From assembly GCF_003018255.1 (NCBI RefSeq), contig NZ_CP027440.1: a stretch of DNA of 64,000 nucleotides; one strand, written 5' to 3'. This DNA comes from Escherichia coli (GTDB lineage: Bacteria > Pseudomonadota > Gammaproteobacteria > Enterobacterales > Enterobacteriaceae). A program made the position numbers and the translations under genes. Shown in pieces: positions 50,553 through 61,722 of this stretch; the stretch's first letter is position 1, and the number at the start of each line of letters is the position of its first letter. Under the pieces are notes generated by a model. That model saw only the letters and a list, made by a program, of their open reading frames with translations, was not told the DNA's origin and did not search any database.

Positions 50553-51427
50553 CCAAGACGTTACTGGACGGCCCCGGTCGCGTGCTGGAGTCGATTCATC
50601 CCCGCTTTTTAGTGGATCTGGCGCAGGGCGATGATGCCCGCCATCCACAAGCCCATCAGCAGCAGTTTCGTGAACGACTGATGCAGGAACTTCTTGCGCG
50701 TGTGCAGCTTCAGGCATGGACGAACGGCGGGATGTTAAATGCGCCGCTTAGCCTGCGTCTGACATTGGTGGAAAAACTGGCGTCGATGCTGGATCCCGGT
50801 CATCTGGCGCTGACGCAGATCGCGCAACATCTGGCGCTGCTGCAAAAAATGGATCACCGCCAGCACTCTGCTTTCCCTGAGCTCCCCCAGCAAATTGCCG
50901 CCTTGTATGAGTGGTTTTCAGCCCGTTGTCGCTGGAAGGAAAAGGCGTTAACGCAACGAGGCCTACTGGTGCAGGCGGGTGAACAGAGCGAGCAAATTTT
51001 TACCCGCTGGCGTGCTGGGGCGTACAACGCCTGGTCGTTGCCTGGGCGCTGTTTTATCGTTCTGGAGGAGTTGCGTTGGGGGGCATTTGGCGATGCCTTT
51101 CGTCTGGGAAGCCCGCAAGCGGTGGCGTTGTTGCTGGGTGATTTGCGCGTGAAAGCGACACAACATCTGGCAGAGAGTATCAATGCGGCCCCGACCACGC
51201 GTCACTATTACCATCAGTGGTTTGCCTCTTCGACCATTCCGACGGGCGGGGATCATGCTGATTTTTTAAGTTGGCTGGGAAAGTGGTCCACGGCAGATAA
51301 ACAACCCGTTTGCTGGTCAGTGACCCAACGCTGGCGAACTGTCGCACTGGGGATGCCACGACTCTGTTCAGCGCAGCGTCTGGCGGGGGCAATGGTCGAG
51401 GAAATCTTCTCTGTAAATTTGGTGTAA
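50549..51427 (+). CDS. yjcZ: Protein of unknown function, coupled to crfC
   Basis: 292-aa ORF whose TTG start overlaps the crfC TGA (TTGA); no recognisable motif. Confidence 0.75.
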   Translation: MTKTLLDGPGRVLESIHPRFLVDLAQGDDARHPQAHQQQFRERLMQELLARVQLQAWTNGGMLNAPLSLRLTLVEKLASMLDPGHLALTQIAQHLALLQKMDHRQHSAFPELPQQIAALYEWFSARCRWKEKALTQRGLLVQAGEQSEQIFTRWRAGAYNAWSLPGRCFIVLEELRWGAFGDAFRLGSPQAVALLLGDLRVKATQHLAESINAAPTTRHYYHQWFASSTIPTGGDHADFLSWLGKWSTADKQPVCWSVTQRWRTVALGMPRLCSAQRLAGAMVEEIFSVNLV

Positions 51428-51690
51428 ATAATCAGTTACATCAATGAGTCCTAAACGAAATCCATGTGTGAAGTTGATCACAAATTTAAACGCTGGTAGG
51501 GTAAAAAGGTCATTAACTGCCCAATTCAGGCGTCAACTGGTTTGATTGTACATTCCTTAACCGGAGAGTGTAAGCAAACCCGCTACGCTTGTTACAGAGA
51601 TTGCATCCTGCAATTCCCGCTCCCCTTTTGCGGCCGTCGCGCTGATTTTTCTGGCGTTTGCGGAAATGGGCCAACTCTGCGAGGAAAGCT

Positions 51691-53193
51691 ATGCTGAAAA
51701 GGAAAAAAGTAAAACCAATTACCCTTCGTGATGTCACCATTATTGATGACGGTAAACTGCGTAAAGCCATTACCGCAGCATCACTGGGTAATGCAATGGA
51801 ATGGTTTGATTTTGGTGTTTATGGTTTTGTTGCTTACGCATTAGGTAAAGTTTTTTTCCCGGGGGCTGACCCCAGCGTGCAGATGGTTGCTGCACTTGCC
51901 ACTTTCTCCGTTCCCTTTCTGATTCGACCGCTTGGTGGACTCTTCTTTGGTATGTTGGGCGATAAATATGGTCGCCAGAAGATCCTCGCTATCACTATTG
52001 TGATTATGTCGATCAGTACGTTCTGTATTGGCTTAATACCGTCCTACGACACGATTGGTATTTGGGCACCGATTCTGCTGTTGATCTGTAAGATGGCACA
52101 AGGTTTCTCGGTCGGCGGTGAATATACCGGGGCGTCGATATTTGTTGCGGAATACTCCCCTGACCGTAAACGTGGCTTTATGGGCAGCTGGCTGGACTTC
52201 GGTTCTATTGCCGGGTTTGTGCTGGGTGCGGGCGTGGTGGTGTTAATTTCGACCATTGTCGGCGAAGCGAACTTCCTCGACTGGGGCTGGCGTATTCCGT
52301 TCTTTATTGCTCTGCCGTTAGGGATTATCGGGCTTTACCTGCGCCATGCGCTGGAAGAGACCCCGGCGTTCCAGCAGCATGTTGATAAACTGGAGCAGGG
52401 CGACCGCGAAGGTTTGCAGGATGGCCCGAAAGTCTCGTTTAAAGAGATTGCCACCAAACACTGGCGCAGCCTGTTGACATGTATTGGTCTGGTAATTGCC
52501 ACCAACGTGACTTACTACATGTTGCTGACCTATATGCCGAGTTATTTGTCGCATAACCTGCATTATTCCGAAGACCACGGGGTGCTGATTATTATCGCCA
52601 TTATGATCGGTATGCTGTTTGTCCAGCCGGTGATGGGCTTGCTGAGTGACCGTTTTGGCCGTCGTCCGTTTGTGCTACTTGGTAGTGTTGCACTGTTTGT
52701 GTTGGCGATCCCGGCGTTTATTCTGATTAACAGTAACGTCATCGGCCTGATTTTTGCCGGGTTACTGATGCTGGCGGTGATCCTTAACTGCTTTACGGGC
52801 GTTATGGCTTCTACCTTGCCAGCGATGTTTCCGACGCATATCCGTTACAGCGCGCTGGCGGCGGCATTTAATATTTCGGTGCTGGTTGCCGGTCTGACGC
52901 CAACACTGGCGGCCTGGCTGGTCGAAAGCTCGCAGAATCTGATGATGCCTGCCTATTACCTGATGGTAGTGGCGGTGGTTGGTTTAATCACCGGCGTAAC
53001 CATGAAAGAGACGGCAAATCGTCCGTTGAAAGGTGCGACACCGGCGGCGTCAGATATACAGGAAGCGAAGGAAATTCTCGTCGAGCATTACGATAATATC
53101 GAGCAGAAAATCGATGATATTGACCACGAGATTGCCGATTTGCAGGCGAAACGTACTCGCCTGGTGCAGCAACATCCGCGAATTGATGAATAA
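51691..53193 (+). CDS. proP: Proline/glycine-betaine:proton symporter (MFS, osmosensing)
   Basis: 500 codons from MLKRKKVKPITL; 12-TM MFS core and C-terminal coiled-coil. Confidence 0.92.
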   Translation: MLKRKKVKPITLRDVTIIDDGKLRKAITAASLGNAMEWFDFGVYGFVAYALGKVFFPGADPSVQMVAALATFSVPFLIRPLGGLFFGMLGDKYGRQKILAITIVIMSISTFCIGLIPSYDTIGIWAPILLLICKMAQGFSVGGEYTGASIFVAEYSPDRKRGFMGSWLDFGSIAGFVLGAGVVVLISTIVGEANFLDWGWRIPFFIALPLGIIGLYLRHALEETPAFQQHVDKLEQGDREGLQDGPKVSFKEIATKHWRSLLTCIGLVIATNVTYYMLLTYMPSYLSHNLHYSEDHGVLIIIAIMIGMLFVQPVMGLLSDRFGRRPFVLLGSVALFVLAIPAFILINSNVIGLIFAGLLMLAVILNCFTGVMASTLPAMFPTHIRYSALAAAFNISVLVAGLTPTLAAWLVESSQNLMMPAYYLMVVAVVGLITGVTMKETANRPLKGATPAASDIQEAKEILVEHYDNIEQKIDDIDHEIADLQAKRTRLVQQHPRIDE

Positions 53194-53243
53194 GCTGAAA
53201 CGGATGGCCTGATGTGACGCTGTCTTATCAGGCCAATTGAACT

Positions 53244-53260
53244 CTTAAGGTTCACTTAAT
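53244..53260 (+). promoter_or_regulatory. BasR/PmrA box upstream of pmrR
   Basis: CTTAAG-GTTCA-CTTAAT, ~45 bp upstream of the pmrR ATG. Confidence 0.6.
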
Positions 53261-53304
53261 CTCTGACGCGCATACTCTCCTCCAGGTTAACGGAGGAGAG
53301 TGCA

Positions 53305-53394
53305 ATGAAAAACCGTGTTTATGAAAGTTTAACTACCGTGTTCAGCGTGCTGGTGGTCAGCAGCTTTCTTTATATCTGGTTTGCCACGTTCTGA
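53305..53394 (+). CDS. pmrR: PmrR small membrane peptide (29 aa)
   Basis: ATG preceded by GGAGGAG RBS; encodes MKNRVYESLTTVFSVLVVSSFLYIWFATF. Below the ORF-track length cut-off; overlaps basS 3' end antisense. Confidence 0.7.
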   Translation: MKNRVYESLTTVFSVLVVSSFLYIWFATF

Positions 53395-54470
53395 TCTTTC
53401 TTCAGCCGTACCCAGGCCCGCGTGCCGGAAGTCTCTTGCCGGTTTTGCAGGAAAAACTGCCCGTGATGCAACTGTGTAATGCGGCTGACAATACTTAACC
53501 CCAGACCAATCCCGCCATAACGGCTGTCCATACGTACAAACGCTTTACTCAACTCCCCGCATTTACTCTCATCAATACCCGGTCCTTCATCTTCAACGGC
53601 CATGACCGCTCCGCCATCTTCTTGCAGCTTAATCATAATGTTGCTGCCTTGCGGGCTGTAACGATGGGCGTTTTCTACCAGGTTTCGCAATAACATCCGC
53701 AGCAGGGTTGCATCACCCTGAACGGTGATGTCGGCGGCGCTCTCTGGCAATAGCAGGTTTTGCTGTCGCTGGTCGAGCATGGTACTGAGTTCGTCATACG
53801 AGGGGAGAATGACATCTTCCAGCAGTTTTACATGTTGATAATTACCGGAAGAAAATGACTGTCCGGCACGCGCCAGTTGCAGCAGCTGGGAGACACTCTC
53901 CATCATCTGATCAAGTCGAGCCACTAACGGTGCTACATCAATGTGATGCGTTTTCGCCAGCAGTTCCAGATGCAAACGCACCCCCGCCAGTGGCGTTCGC
54001 AGTTCGTGCGCGACGTCAGCGGTAAACAACCTTTCGTTATCCAGCGTGCTGGTCAGGCGACTGACCAGATCGTTCAACGCCGAAACCACCGCTTCGATTT
54101 CGAGGGTGGCGCTGTGAATGGCAATAGGCGTTAAGTTGTCGGCGGTGCGCGCTTCCAGCTCTTTTTGCAGCTCCGCCAGCGGCCGGGTGATGCGGCGTAC
54201 CGCCTGATAGCAGATAAATAGCGTCAGGCTGACCATAAAGACGCCGGGGACGATCAGGCTGGCGACCGCCTCGCGGATCTCACGCATGATGTGGCGATCG
54301 TTGTTGCGATTGTCGCGTAGCGCCTGCTCAAACAGCTGAATCTGCTCGGTACTTTCATGCCATAGCCAGAAGACGCTGATCAGCTCAAACACCAACAAAA
54401 TGGCCCCAATGGTCAATATCAGCCGTTGGCGCAGCGATATTGGTCGGCGCAGAAAACGCATCAGATTCAA
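53370..54470 (-). CDS. basS: Sensor histidine kinase BasS/PmrB
   Basis: ~363-aa ORF with H-box ADVAHELRTPL; exact start uncertain. Confidence 0.9.
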   Translation of the reverse strand: MNLMRFLRRPISLRQRLILTIGAILLVFELISVFWLWHESTEQIQLFEQALRDNRNNDRHIMREIREAVASLIVPGVFMVSLTLFICYQAVRRITRPLAELQKELEARTADNLTPIAIHSATLEIEAVVSALNDLVSRLTSTLDNERLFTADVAHELRTPLAGVRLHLELLAKTHHIDVAPLVARLDQMMESVSQLLQLARAGQSFSSGNYQHVKLLEDVILPSYDELSTMLDQRQQNLLLPESAADITVQGDATLLRMLLRNLVENAHRYSPQGSNIMIKLQEDGGAVMAVEDEGPGIDESKCGELSKAFVRMDSRYGGIGLGLSIVSRITQLHHGQFFLQNRQETSGTRAWVRLKKDQNVANQI

Positions 54471-55139
54471 TTAGTTTTCCTCATTTGCGACCAGCATATA
54501 GCCAAAGCCGCGCACGGTGCGGATACGGGCTTTGCCCACTTTGTCGCGCAGATTGTGGATATGCACTTCCAGGGTGTTGGTCGAGGGTTCATTGTCCCAG
54601 TTATAGATGTCGTTGTAGAGAATTTCCCGATGCACCGGACTGCCTGCTTTGAGCATTAACCGTGACAGCAGAGCATATTCTTTGGGCGTCAGAATCAACT
54701 CTTCACCGCCCATCCATACCTGACGGCGACCCATATTCAGCGTCAGATTGCCAACAATCAGCTCACTTTCGCCCTGATTATTATGGCGTCGTAGCAGGGC
54801 GCGGATACGGGCGTGTAACTCTTCCAGCGCAAAAGGCTTCACCAGATAGTCATCGGCACCGACATCCAGCCCGGCGATTTTGTCGGTCAGCGTATCGCGA
54901 GCGGTGAGGATCAGTACCGGCAGGGTGTATTTTTTCTGCCGGATACGGGCGAGAAAATGCAGTCCATCTTCGTCGGGTAACCCTAAATCCAGTACCACCA
55001 GGCTGTAATGACCGGCCTCAAGGCTTTGTTCCGCCATCCGCGCGGTTGTCACGCCATCGCACGCGTAGCCTTCGGTTTGCGCCGCCAGAATTAATCCCTG
55101 CAATAACAGCGTATCGTCTTCAACAATCAGAATTTTCAT
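54471..55139 (-). CDS. basR: Response regulator BasR/PmrA (OmpR family)
   Basis: 222-aa ORF; start overlaps eptA stop. Confidence 0.92.
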   Translation of the reverse strand: MKILIVEDDTLLLQGLILAAQTEGYACDGVTTARMAEQSLEAGHYSLVVLDLGLPDEDGLHFLARIRQKKYTLPVLILTARDTLTDKIAGLDVGADDYLVKPFALEELHARIRALLRRHNNQGESELIVGNLTLNMGRRQVWMGGEELILTPKEYALLSRLMLKAGSPVHREILYNDIYNWDNEPSTNTLEVHIHNLRDKVGKARIRTVRGFGYMLVANEEN

Positions 55140-56779
55140 TCACTCACTCTCCTGCAAGTTTGCAGAATATCATCCGCAGCCTGGTAATACTTCGTCTCAA
55201 CGCCAGTTAATCCCAATAGCGTGGAGAATAAATTATCTTGTGAATAGTGTTGCGTTTGCGCCTGTTTTTGCAGGCAGTTCTGGTCAACCTGATACCGTTT
55301 TTGATAATCCTCCGACAGCCACAGCAGCATCGGCACCTGTTTTTGGCTATCCGGGGCGATGGCATAAGGCAGACCGTGCAGATAGATGCCATTTTCACCT
55401 AACGACTCACCGTGGTCAGAAAGATAAACCAGGCTGGTGGTAAATTTATCCTGATGTTCTTTCAGCAGATTAATCGCTTTATCAACAATATAGTCGACGT
55501 AAACCAGCGTGTTGTCGTAAGTGTTCACCAGTTGCTCTTTGGTACAGGTCTGGATCTCGTTAGTGTCACAGGTTGGGGTAAATTTCCTGAACTGCGGCGG
55601 ATAGCGGTTGTAATAGGTCGGACCGTGGCTGCCGATGGTGTGTAAGACAATCACGCCATCACCCTGCAGGTTATTGATGTACTCTTCCAGCCCGTGGAAC
55701 AGCACTTCGTCATAGCATTCGCCGTTGATGCACTGACCTGGCAGATTCAGCGCGGTGACGTTCTGGTGAGGTACGCGATCGCAAACGCCTTTACAGCCGC
55801 CATCGTTGTCATTCCACAGCACGTTGATGCCCGCTCGCTGAATGATATCCAGCACGCCTTCCTGGTGCTGTGCCAGCTCTTCTTTGTAGTGCTCACGCGG
55901 CATATCCGAGAACATGCATGGTACTGAAACTGCCGTTGCCGTGCCGCAAGAGGCGGTATTAGGGAAATAGACCACGTTATCTTTTGCCAGACGAGGATTG
56001 GTTTCGCGTGGATAACCATTCAGCGAGAAATTCTCTGCGCGCGACGTTTCTCCGACGATCAAAATGGTCAGGTTTTTACGTTTCCCATTTTGCATTAATG
56101 GGTTGCGGTGAGCATCTTCACCAATGCGTATCAGTGGCAGGTTGGCTGACCGCTGGTGAGAGTACCACGACCAGCTAGCAACAATGCTGTTGGACGGGCT
56201 TAAGGATTTCACCAGCTCTTTGTTGTTGCGAAACAGCGAGGCATAGTCTTTGTAGAACAGTGCGGCAACCAGCAGAATCAGCAGTACAGAAATCAGGATG
56301 TTGGCCCCGCGGAAAAGAACGCTGCGCAGGCGTGAGGTGGTGGGGGTGATTTTGATCCAGCAGGCAATAATCGCGGCTAACACGCCACTTAACCCCAGCG
56401 TTAATAACATTCGTGGCGTCATCAGGGCATAACTTTCCGCCGGCGTAGTATCAATGATATTGGTGATCATTGAACGGTCGATGACGATGCCATAGGTCAT
56501 GATGAAATATTGTGCAGCCGCACCGACCAGAATAAACAGGCAGGCGAGTGGACGATTAAGCCATAAGAAAGAGCCTAGTGTCAGGACAATATTAATCACG
56601 CTGAATGCGACGACCGGCATCGACAAGAAAACCAGCACGTTATGCAGTGAATCCAGCGGTAACACCTGTAGCACCTGTTTAAAAAAGGCGATATTCAGGC
56701 AGACTGAGATATAAAAAGTAGCAAGTAATAACCAGGAGAATAAATTTAAAGAGGGTCTTTTTAGTAGGCGCTTCAACAT
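55136..56779 (-). CDS. eptA: Lipid A phosphoethanolamine transferase
   Basis: 547 codons from [13 protein letters not shown]-terminal 5-TM domain plus sulfatase-like domain. Confidence 0.9.
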   Translation of the reverse strand: MLKRLLKRPSLNLFSWLLLATFYISVCLNIAFFKQVLQVLPLDSLHNVLVFLSMPVVAFSVINIVLTLGSFLWLNRPLACLFILVGAAAQYFIMTYGIVIDRSMITNIIDTTPAESYALMTPRMLLTLGLSGVLAAIIACWIKITPTTSRLRSVLFRGANILISVLLILLVAALFYKDYASLFRNNKELVKSLSPSNSIVASWSWYSHQRSANLPLIRIGEDAHRNPLMQNGKRKNLTILIVGETSRAENFSLNGYPRETNPRLAKDNVVYFPNTASCGTATAVSVPCMFSDMPREHYKEELAQHQEGVLDIIQRAGINVLWNDNDGGCKGVCDRVPHQNVTALNLPGQCINGECYDEVLFHGLEEYINNLQGDGVIVLHTIGSHGPTYYNRYPPQFRKFTPTCDTNEIQTCTKEQLVNTYDNTLVYVDYIVDKAINLLKEHQDKFTTSLVYLSDHGESLGENGIYLHGLPYAIAPDSQKQVPMLLWLSEDYQKRYQVDQNCLQKQAQTQHYSQDNLFSTLLGLTGVETKYYQAADDILQTCRRVSE

Positions 56780-56824
56780 CACGGTGTTTCCATCGAACAA
56801 AGTGCGCATATGCTCGCAAAGCAA

Positions 56825-56841
56825 AATTAAGCCAACCTTAA
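56825..56841 (-). promoter_or_regulatory. BasR/PmrA box upstream of eptA
   Basis: Minus-strand CTTAAG-GTTGG-CTTAAT, ~45-60 bp upstream of the eptA ATG. Confidence 0.6.
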
Positions 56842-56857
56842 GTTCTTAAGGTTGGCT
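56829..56857 (-). terminator. Hairpin downstream of adiC (overlaps the PmrA box)
   Basis: AGCCAACCTTAAG-TTCT-TAAGGTTGGCT inverted repeat with T-rich flank. Confidence 0.45.
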
Positions 56858-56882
56858 TTTATGTTTGCTTGATTAAGGGGAA

Positions 56883-58220
56883 TTAATCTTTGCTTATTGG
56901 TGCATCTAAGGGATACGGGTTTTTATGCAGCCGGTTGTAATTCAGCGCATACATGGCGGTGATTACCATCAGAGTGACAAATGACCACATAACCTCTTTC
57001 GCGCCGGACCCTACCACGGCCCAGATGCAGTAGAGGAAGGCAATGGTAGTCACTGCCAGGTATGCCGGGCGTGCTTTACCAAAGTGACCGTGGCCGAGCA
57101 GTAGTAACGCCGCACAGGTGTAAAGATATGGCACCAGTGTAAAGATGACCGACACGGAAGAAACCAGACCGAATTCTTTGGTCGCGTTTGGCGAAATGCT
57201 ACTGAGCTGGAAGATGGTCATCAAAATACCGACGATAATCAGCCCCGCCACTGGCGTGCCCGCTTTATTAACACGGGCAAAAATCGGTGGGAACAGTCCG
57301 TCATCGGCAGCGGCTTTCGCCGTTTGACCCGCCAGCAACGTCCAGCCGCCCAGTGAACCTAAGCAACCCGCAGCTGCGCAGAAGGAAACAATGGCCCCGG
57401 CGGTGTCACCCAACGCCATCCGTGCGGCATCACCGAATGGCGAAGCAGAAACGCGCAGTGCGGCATTAGGGATCATCCCCATAATCGCGGTGGTAGAAAG
57501 TACATAGCAAACGGCAGCAATCAATACCCCGCCAATGGTGGCGATAGGGACGTTGCGTTTCGGGTTTTTCACCACACCTGCGGCAACGGAGGCACTTTCC
57601 ACACCGATGAACGACCACAGCGTAACGTTAAGGGTACTTTGAATCGCACCGAAGGTGCCCAGACCGCTGACGTTCCATGCCGCCATATAGGTTTCACCAC
57701 GGAACCAGAACCAGCCAAATACGGCAATCCCGACGATGGGGATCAGCGCCAGCACGGTAGCAACGGCCTGTACGCGGGTGATCATTTTCGGACCGACAAT
57801 GTTCAGCAGGACGAAGATCCACAGCACCACGACGCAGGTGATGGTTAATACCAATGGGTCTTTCAGAATCGGGAAGAAGTAACTTAAATATCCTACGCCA
57901 ATGACCACCATGGCGATATTGCCGATCCAGCAGGCCAGCCAGTAGAGGACGTTGGTTTGATAACCGAGAAACGGGCCAAAGCAGCGGCGGGCGTAAGCGT
58001 AAGAACCACCAGGACTTGGGTCGAGGAACGACATTTTGGCGTATACCATCGAGAGCCCCAGCGCACCGATAATCGTCACCAACCATCCATAAATGGCAAT
58101 CCCGCCAGTGGAGGCCAGGTTTGCAGGTAACAGAAAAACACCTGACCCCATAATATTCCCCGACACCATCAGGGTGACGGGGATTAAGCCCACTTTGTGA
58201 GCATCAGCATCCGAAGACAT
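56883..58220 (-). CDS. adiC: Arginine:agmatine antiporter (APC family)
   Basis: 445-aa 12-TM ORF. Confidence 0.92.
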
Positions 58221-58356
58221 AATTAAACTCCTGCGAAGGCGAGCTTCGTGACAATAAATTACGTCGTATCATACGCCTGCATTCGATAGTTGAATTATTA
58301 TCGGCCGGGTTATCGCTGATGCCGTTATTAATATAGCTCTTCGTTAAGGTTAAAAA

Positions 58357-59118
58357 TCAGGCGACAGTGCGTTCTCTGTGCTGACTAACATAATGCAGCG
58401 GCGTCATACCGTAGAAGTCTTTAAAGACAGAAATAAAGTACGACGTACTGTTGTAGCCGCAGGACTGTGATACCTGAGAGATATTTTTACCGTCCATCAT
58501 TAATTCATTTACGGCATAGCGCATGCGGCAGGTGGTGATTATTTGGCTATAACTGGTGTTTTCGCTTTTCAGCTTTTTCTTTAACAGACTTGGGCTAAGA
58601 CATAAACAACTGGCTACCATACTAAGATTCCAGTCTTTGTGGATATCGCTTTCAATAATTTGATAAACGCTGTCACTTACACAATTACGTAACATATACA
58701 TCATTAGTGAAAGGAATTTTTTACTGTCGAGAAAACGGGATAGCACAGTGAATAATAATGCACGTGTTCGTTCCTTTTCTGACTCAGTTTCAGCGGGCAT
58801 CATGCTATGTTGCGCGGCAACGCGAAAGACGTCTGGCGTCAGGCATGGAAGGGTGAGGATGGGCGTAGCGCTACGTTGCCATACTGGTATTTGCGAGAGA
58901 TCTTTATTCAGAAACCGGAGGTAATCTTTGATGATGTCGTGACTAATATGAGCAACCAAAGTGTTATTAAGAGAGGAGACGTCGATAATATTATTTTCAC
59001 AATTTAATAACGCCATATGGTTAGCTTTAAGGCTAATAGGTTCTTTCCCATTCACCCTTATCCAGACATCTTTTTCAGTCAATAAAACAATACAAGGTTG
59101 GTCGCTGCAAATCCTCAT
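58357..59118 (-). CDS. adiY: AraC-family regulator AdiY
   Basis: 253-aa ORF with C-terminal AraC-type HTH; AT-rich coding and flanks. Confidence 0.88.
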   Translation of the reverse strand: MRICSDQPCIVLLTEKDVWIRVNGKEPISLKANHMALLNCENNIIDVSSLNNTLVAHISHDIIKDYLRFLNKDLSQIPVWQRSATPILTLPCLTPDVFRVAAQHSMMPAETESEKERTRALLFTVLSRFLDSKKFLSLMMYMLRNCVSDSVYQIIESDIHKDWNLSMVASCLCLSPSLLKKKLKSENTSYSQIITTCRMRYAVNELMMDGKNISQVSQSCGYNSTSYFISVFKDFYGMTPLHYVSQHRERTVA

Positions 59119-59312
59119 ACATGTACTCCTGAGTGCGAATAAAAGACCAGTTCTCGCTAAAGCGAAGCGATACCGGGAAATGGTTATATAATTGTATGAT
59201 GAATATAAACATGCATAAAAATAACGAGTTTTACTAATATTACAAATTTTTATAGTAATTTCTCATGTACATATTTTTTTACAGGCTAAAAAAAGGATAA
59301 ATAACAGGCAAA

Positions 59313-59340
59313 AAAAAAGCGCGGGGTGGGACCGCGCAAA
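59313..59340 (-). terminator. Rho-independent terminator downstream of adiA
   Basis: Minus-strand GCGCGGTCCCACCCCGCGC followed by TTTTTTTTT. Confidence 0.7.
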
Positions 59341-59454
59341 AAGTATGACATTTTTTGTTTGCAGCAATTTTTATGAAAACGTTGCCATACTTAAAAGGCC
59401 TCAAGCCAGGCGGCGTAATGTTATTTAACAATTACGCCTTCAGCGGAATAGTGG

Positions 59455-61722
59455 TTACGCTTTCACACACATAACGTGGTAAATACCGTCAATAATTTCT
59501 GTCCCTTCTGTTTCGTGTTCAAATCCAGGGAAATGATGGTCCCAGGATTGCAGCGAGCGTAAATAACTTACTTGCGGACTGTTTTTATCGCCGAAGTTTT
59601 CACCAGACAGCAGCATCGGGATTCCTGGCGGATACGGGATAACTGAGTTTGCCGCGATACGTCCTGGCAGATTTTCAATGGATACCAGTTCGACATTGTT
59701 GTCGACAATCGCGTTGTACGCTTCACGCGGGGTGATTTCCGCCACCGGCAGGCCGGAATAGGCTTCGTTCAACCGTGCGCCAGGGTTGTTTTCTTTCAGC
59801 CAGGCAAACATGGTGTCACCCAGATCGTGAATCCCCATGTTCGCGTAAGTGTCAGGATATTGTTCAACAAGTTCCGGCATCACCTGCGCCAGCGGTGTGT
59901 TGGCGTCATAGTGGCGTTTGAAGGAGCAAAGGGTGTTAACCAGAGTCCCCCATTTCCCACGGGTTACGCCCATAGAGAACAGGAACATAATTTGGAAGTC
60001 AGTGGTGCGGGTAGGCACAATGCCGTGGCGACCAAGCCAGGCAGTGACCAGCGCCGCCGGAACACCGGTTTCTTCCAGTTCACCATCTTCACCCATTCCC
60101 GGAGCAAGGATGCTGACTTTAATCGGGTCGAGCATACTCCAGTTATCCGGAATATCTTTGAAGCCGTGCCAGCTTTCGCCCGGATGCATTACCCAGCAGT
60201 CCTGAACGGTGGTCAGCAGTTTGGTTGGTGCGTCAGCAAAGTCATAGGTTTTGCCGGTTTGTGGGTCGGTGACGACTTCTTTGTTCCACGGTTTGAAGAA
60301 CCAGCTACCGTCAGCGGTGAACTCTTTATACAGCCGCGCCATCGCCTGACGAAAATCAACCGCTTCGTCGATCACTTCCTGCGTCAGTGACAGGCCGCTG
60401 TTGCCGTCCATCATCGACACCGCCACGTCGTTGGATGCGCAGATGGCATACAGCGGGGAGGTGGTGGCATGCATCATGTAGGCCTGGTTGAAGCGGGAGA
60501 AGTTAATCGCCCCACGACCTTCACGTACATGAATATAAGAGGCCTGTGACAGTGCATTCAGCAGTTTGTGGGTGGAGTGGGTGGCGAAAACGGTAGGACC
60601 GTTGTGATCGCCAGGTTCGCCGCGCATGGCATAGTGATCGGCATAGATCGGGTTGAAACGTGCATAGCCGTACCAGGCTTCGTCAAAGTGCAGACGATCG
60701 GAGGTTTTTTCCAGCAGATCCTGCGCTTCTTTAGCGTTATAACACACGCCGTCATAAGTACAGTTGGTCACCACGCAGTAAGACGGTTTTTGCCCGGCTT
60801 TGTCTTTAGTCAGCGGGCTTTCACTGATTTTCTTCTGCAAGGTTTCAGGTTGCATTTCCTGCGGATAGATTGGCCCGATAATGCCGTAGCGGTTGCGGCT
60901 TGGCACCATGTAGACCGGTTTCGCGCCTGTCAGCATCAAGCCTTGTTCGATGGATTTATGGCAGTTACGGTCAACGACCACGACATCGTTATCGGTCATG
61001 CAAGCCTGCATGATAGTGCGGTTAGAGCCGGAAGTACCGACGACTACCGACCAGGAGCGATCGGCACCAAATACGCGTGCGGCATATTTTTCGCTTTCGC
61101 CAAATGCGCCAGTATGGTCAAGCAAAGAACCGAGGGAAGTGCGTTCGATGCCCATGTCGGTGCGGAACAGATTTTCACCATAGTAGTCATGGTAGAAACG
61201 TCCGGCGGGTGTTTTGGTAAAACCAACGCCACCCTGGTGGCCTGGCGCTGCCTAGGAATATTCATGGATGTCGCTATATTTCATCAGCGCGCTGAACAGT
61301 GGCGGCAACAGTTGCTGGCGGTAGCGGGTCATCGCGGCAACGGCGCGTCCGGCGATAAAGTCGGCGGTATCTTCCAGAATCCAGGCGAATTCATCGACAA
61401 GCTCCAGCAGATCCCGGTCCATTGCGGCGAGGGCTTTTTCCCGATCGCCCAACAGGAAGACCGGCACGTTTTGTTGGCGCTCATGAAGCTTACCGATCAA
61501 TTGTCTGACGTTTTGATGTTCGTCCGGATGTTCCATTTGATAGCTGAACATCAGGCAGTCAATGGCTTCGTTTGAAGAGAGAATGGCAAAACCATCATCA
61601 AAGGAGGTGGATTTAATCACGGTAACATTTTGCTGGCTTAAAGCATCTGCCAGACGCTCAACGGCGTTACCGACCCAGGTGTCTTGATGGAGAAACTCGC
61701 TTTCAACAATTAATACTTTCAT
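59455..61722 (-). pseudogene. adiA: Biodegradative arginine decarboxylase interrupted by an in-frame amber codon (TAG at 61252..61254)
   Basis: Track ORFs of 157 aa and 566 aa are in the same frame, separated by one TAG; translation reads ..KYSDIHEYS-stop-AAPGHQGGVGFTK.., where intact AdiA has Trp (TGG) as I recall it. Everything else is in frame for the 755-codon gene. Confidence 0.8.
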
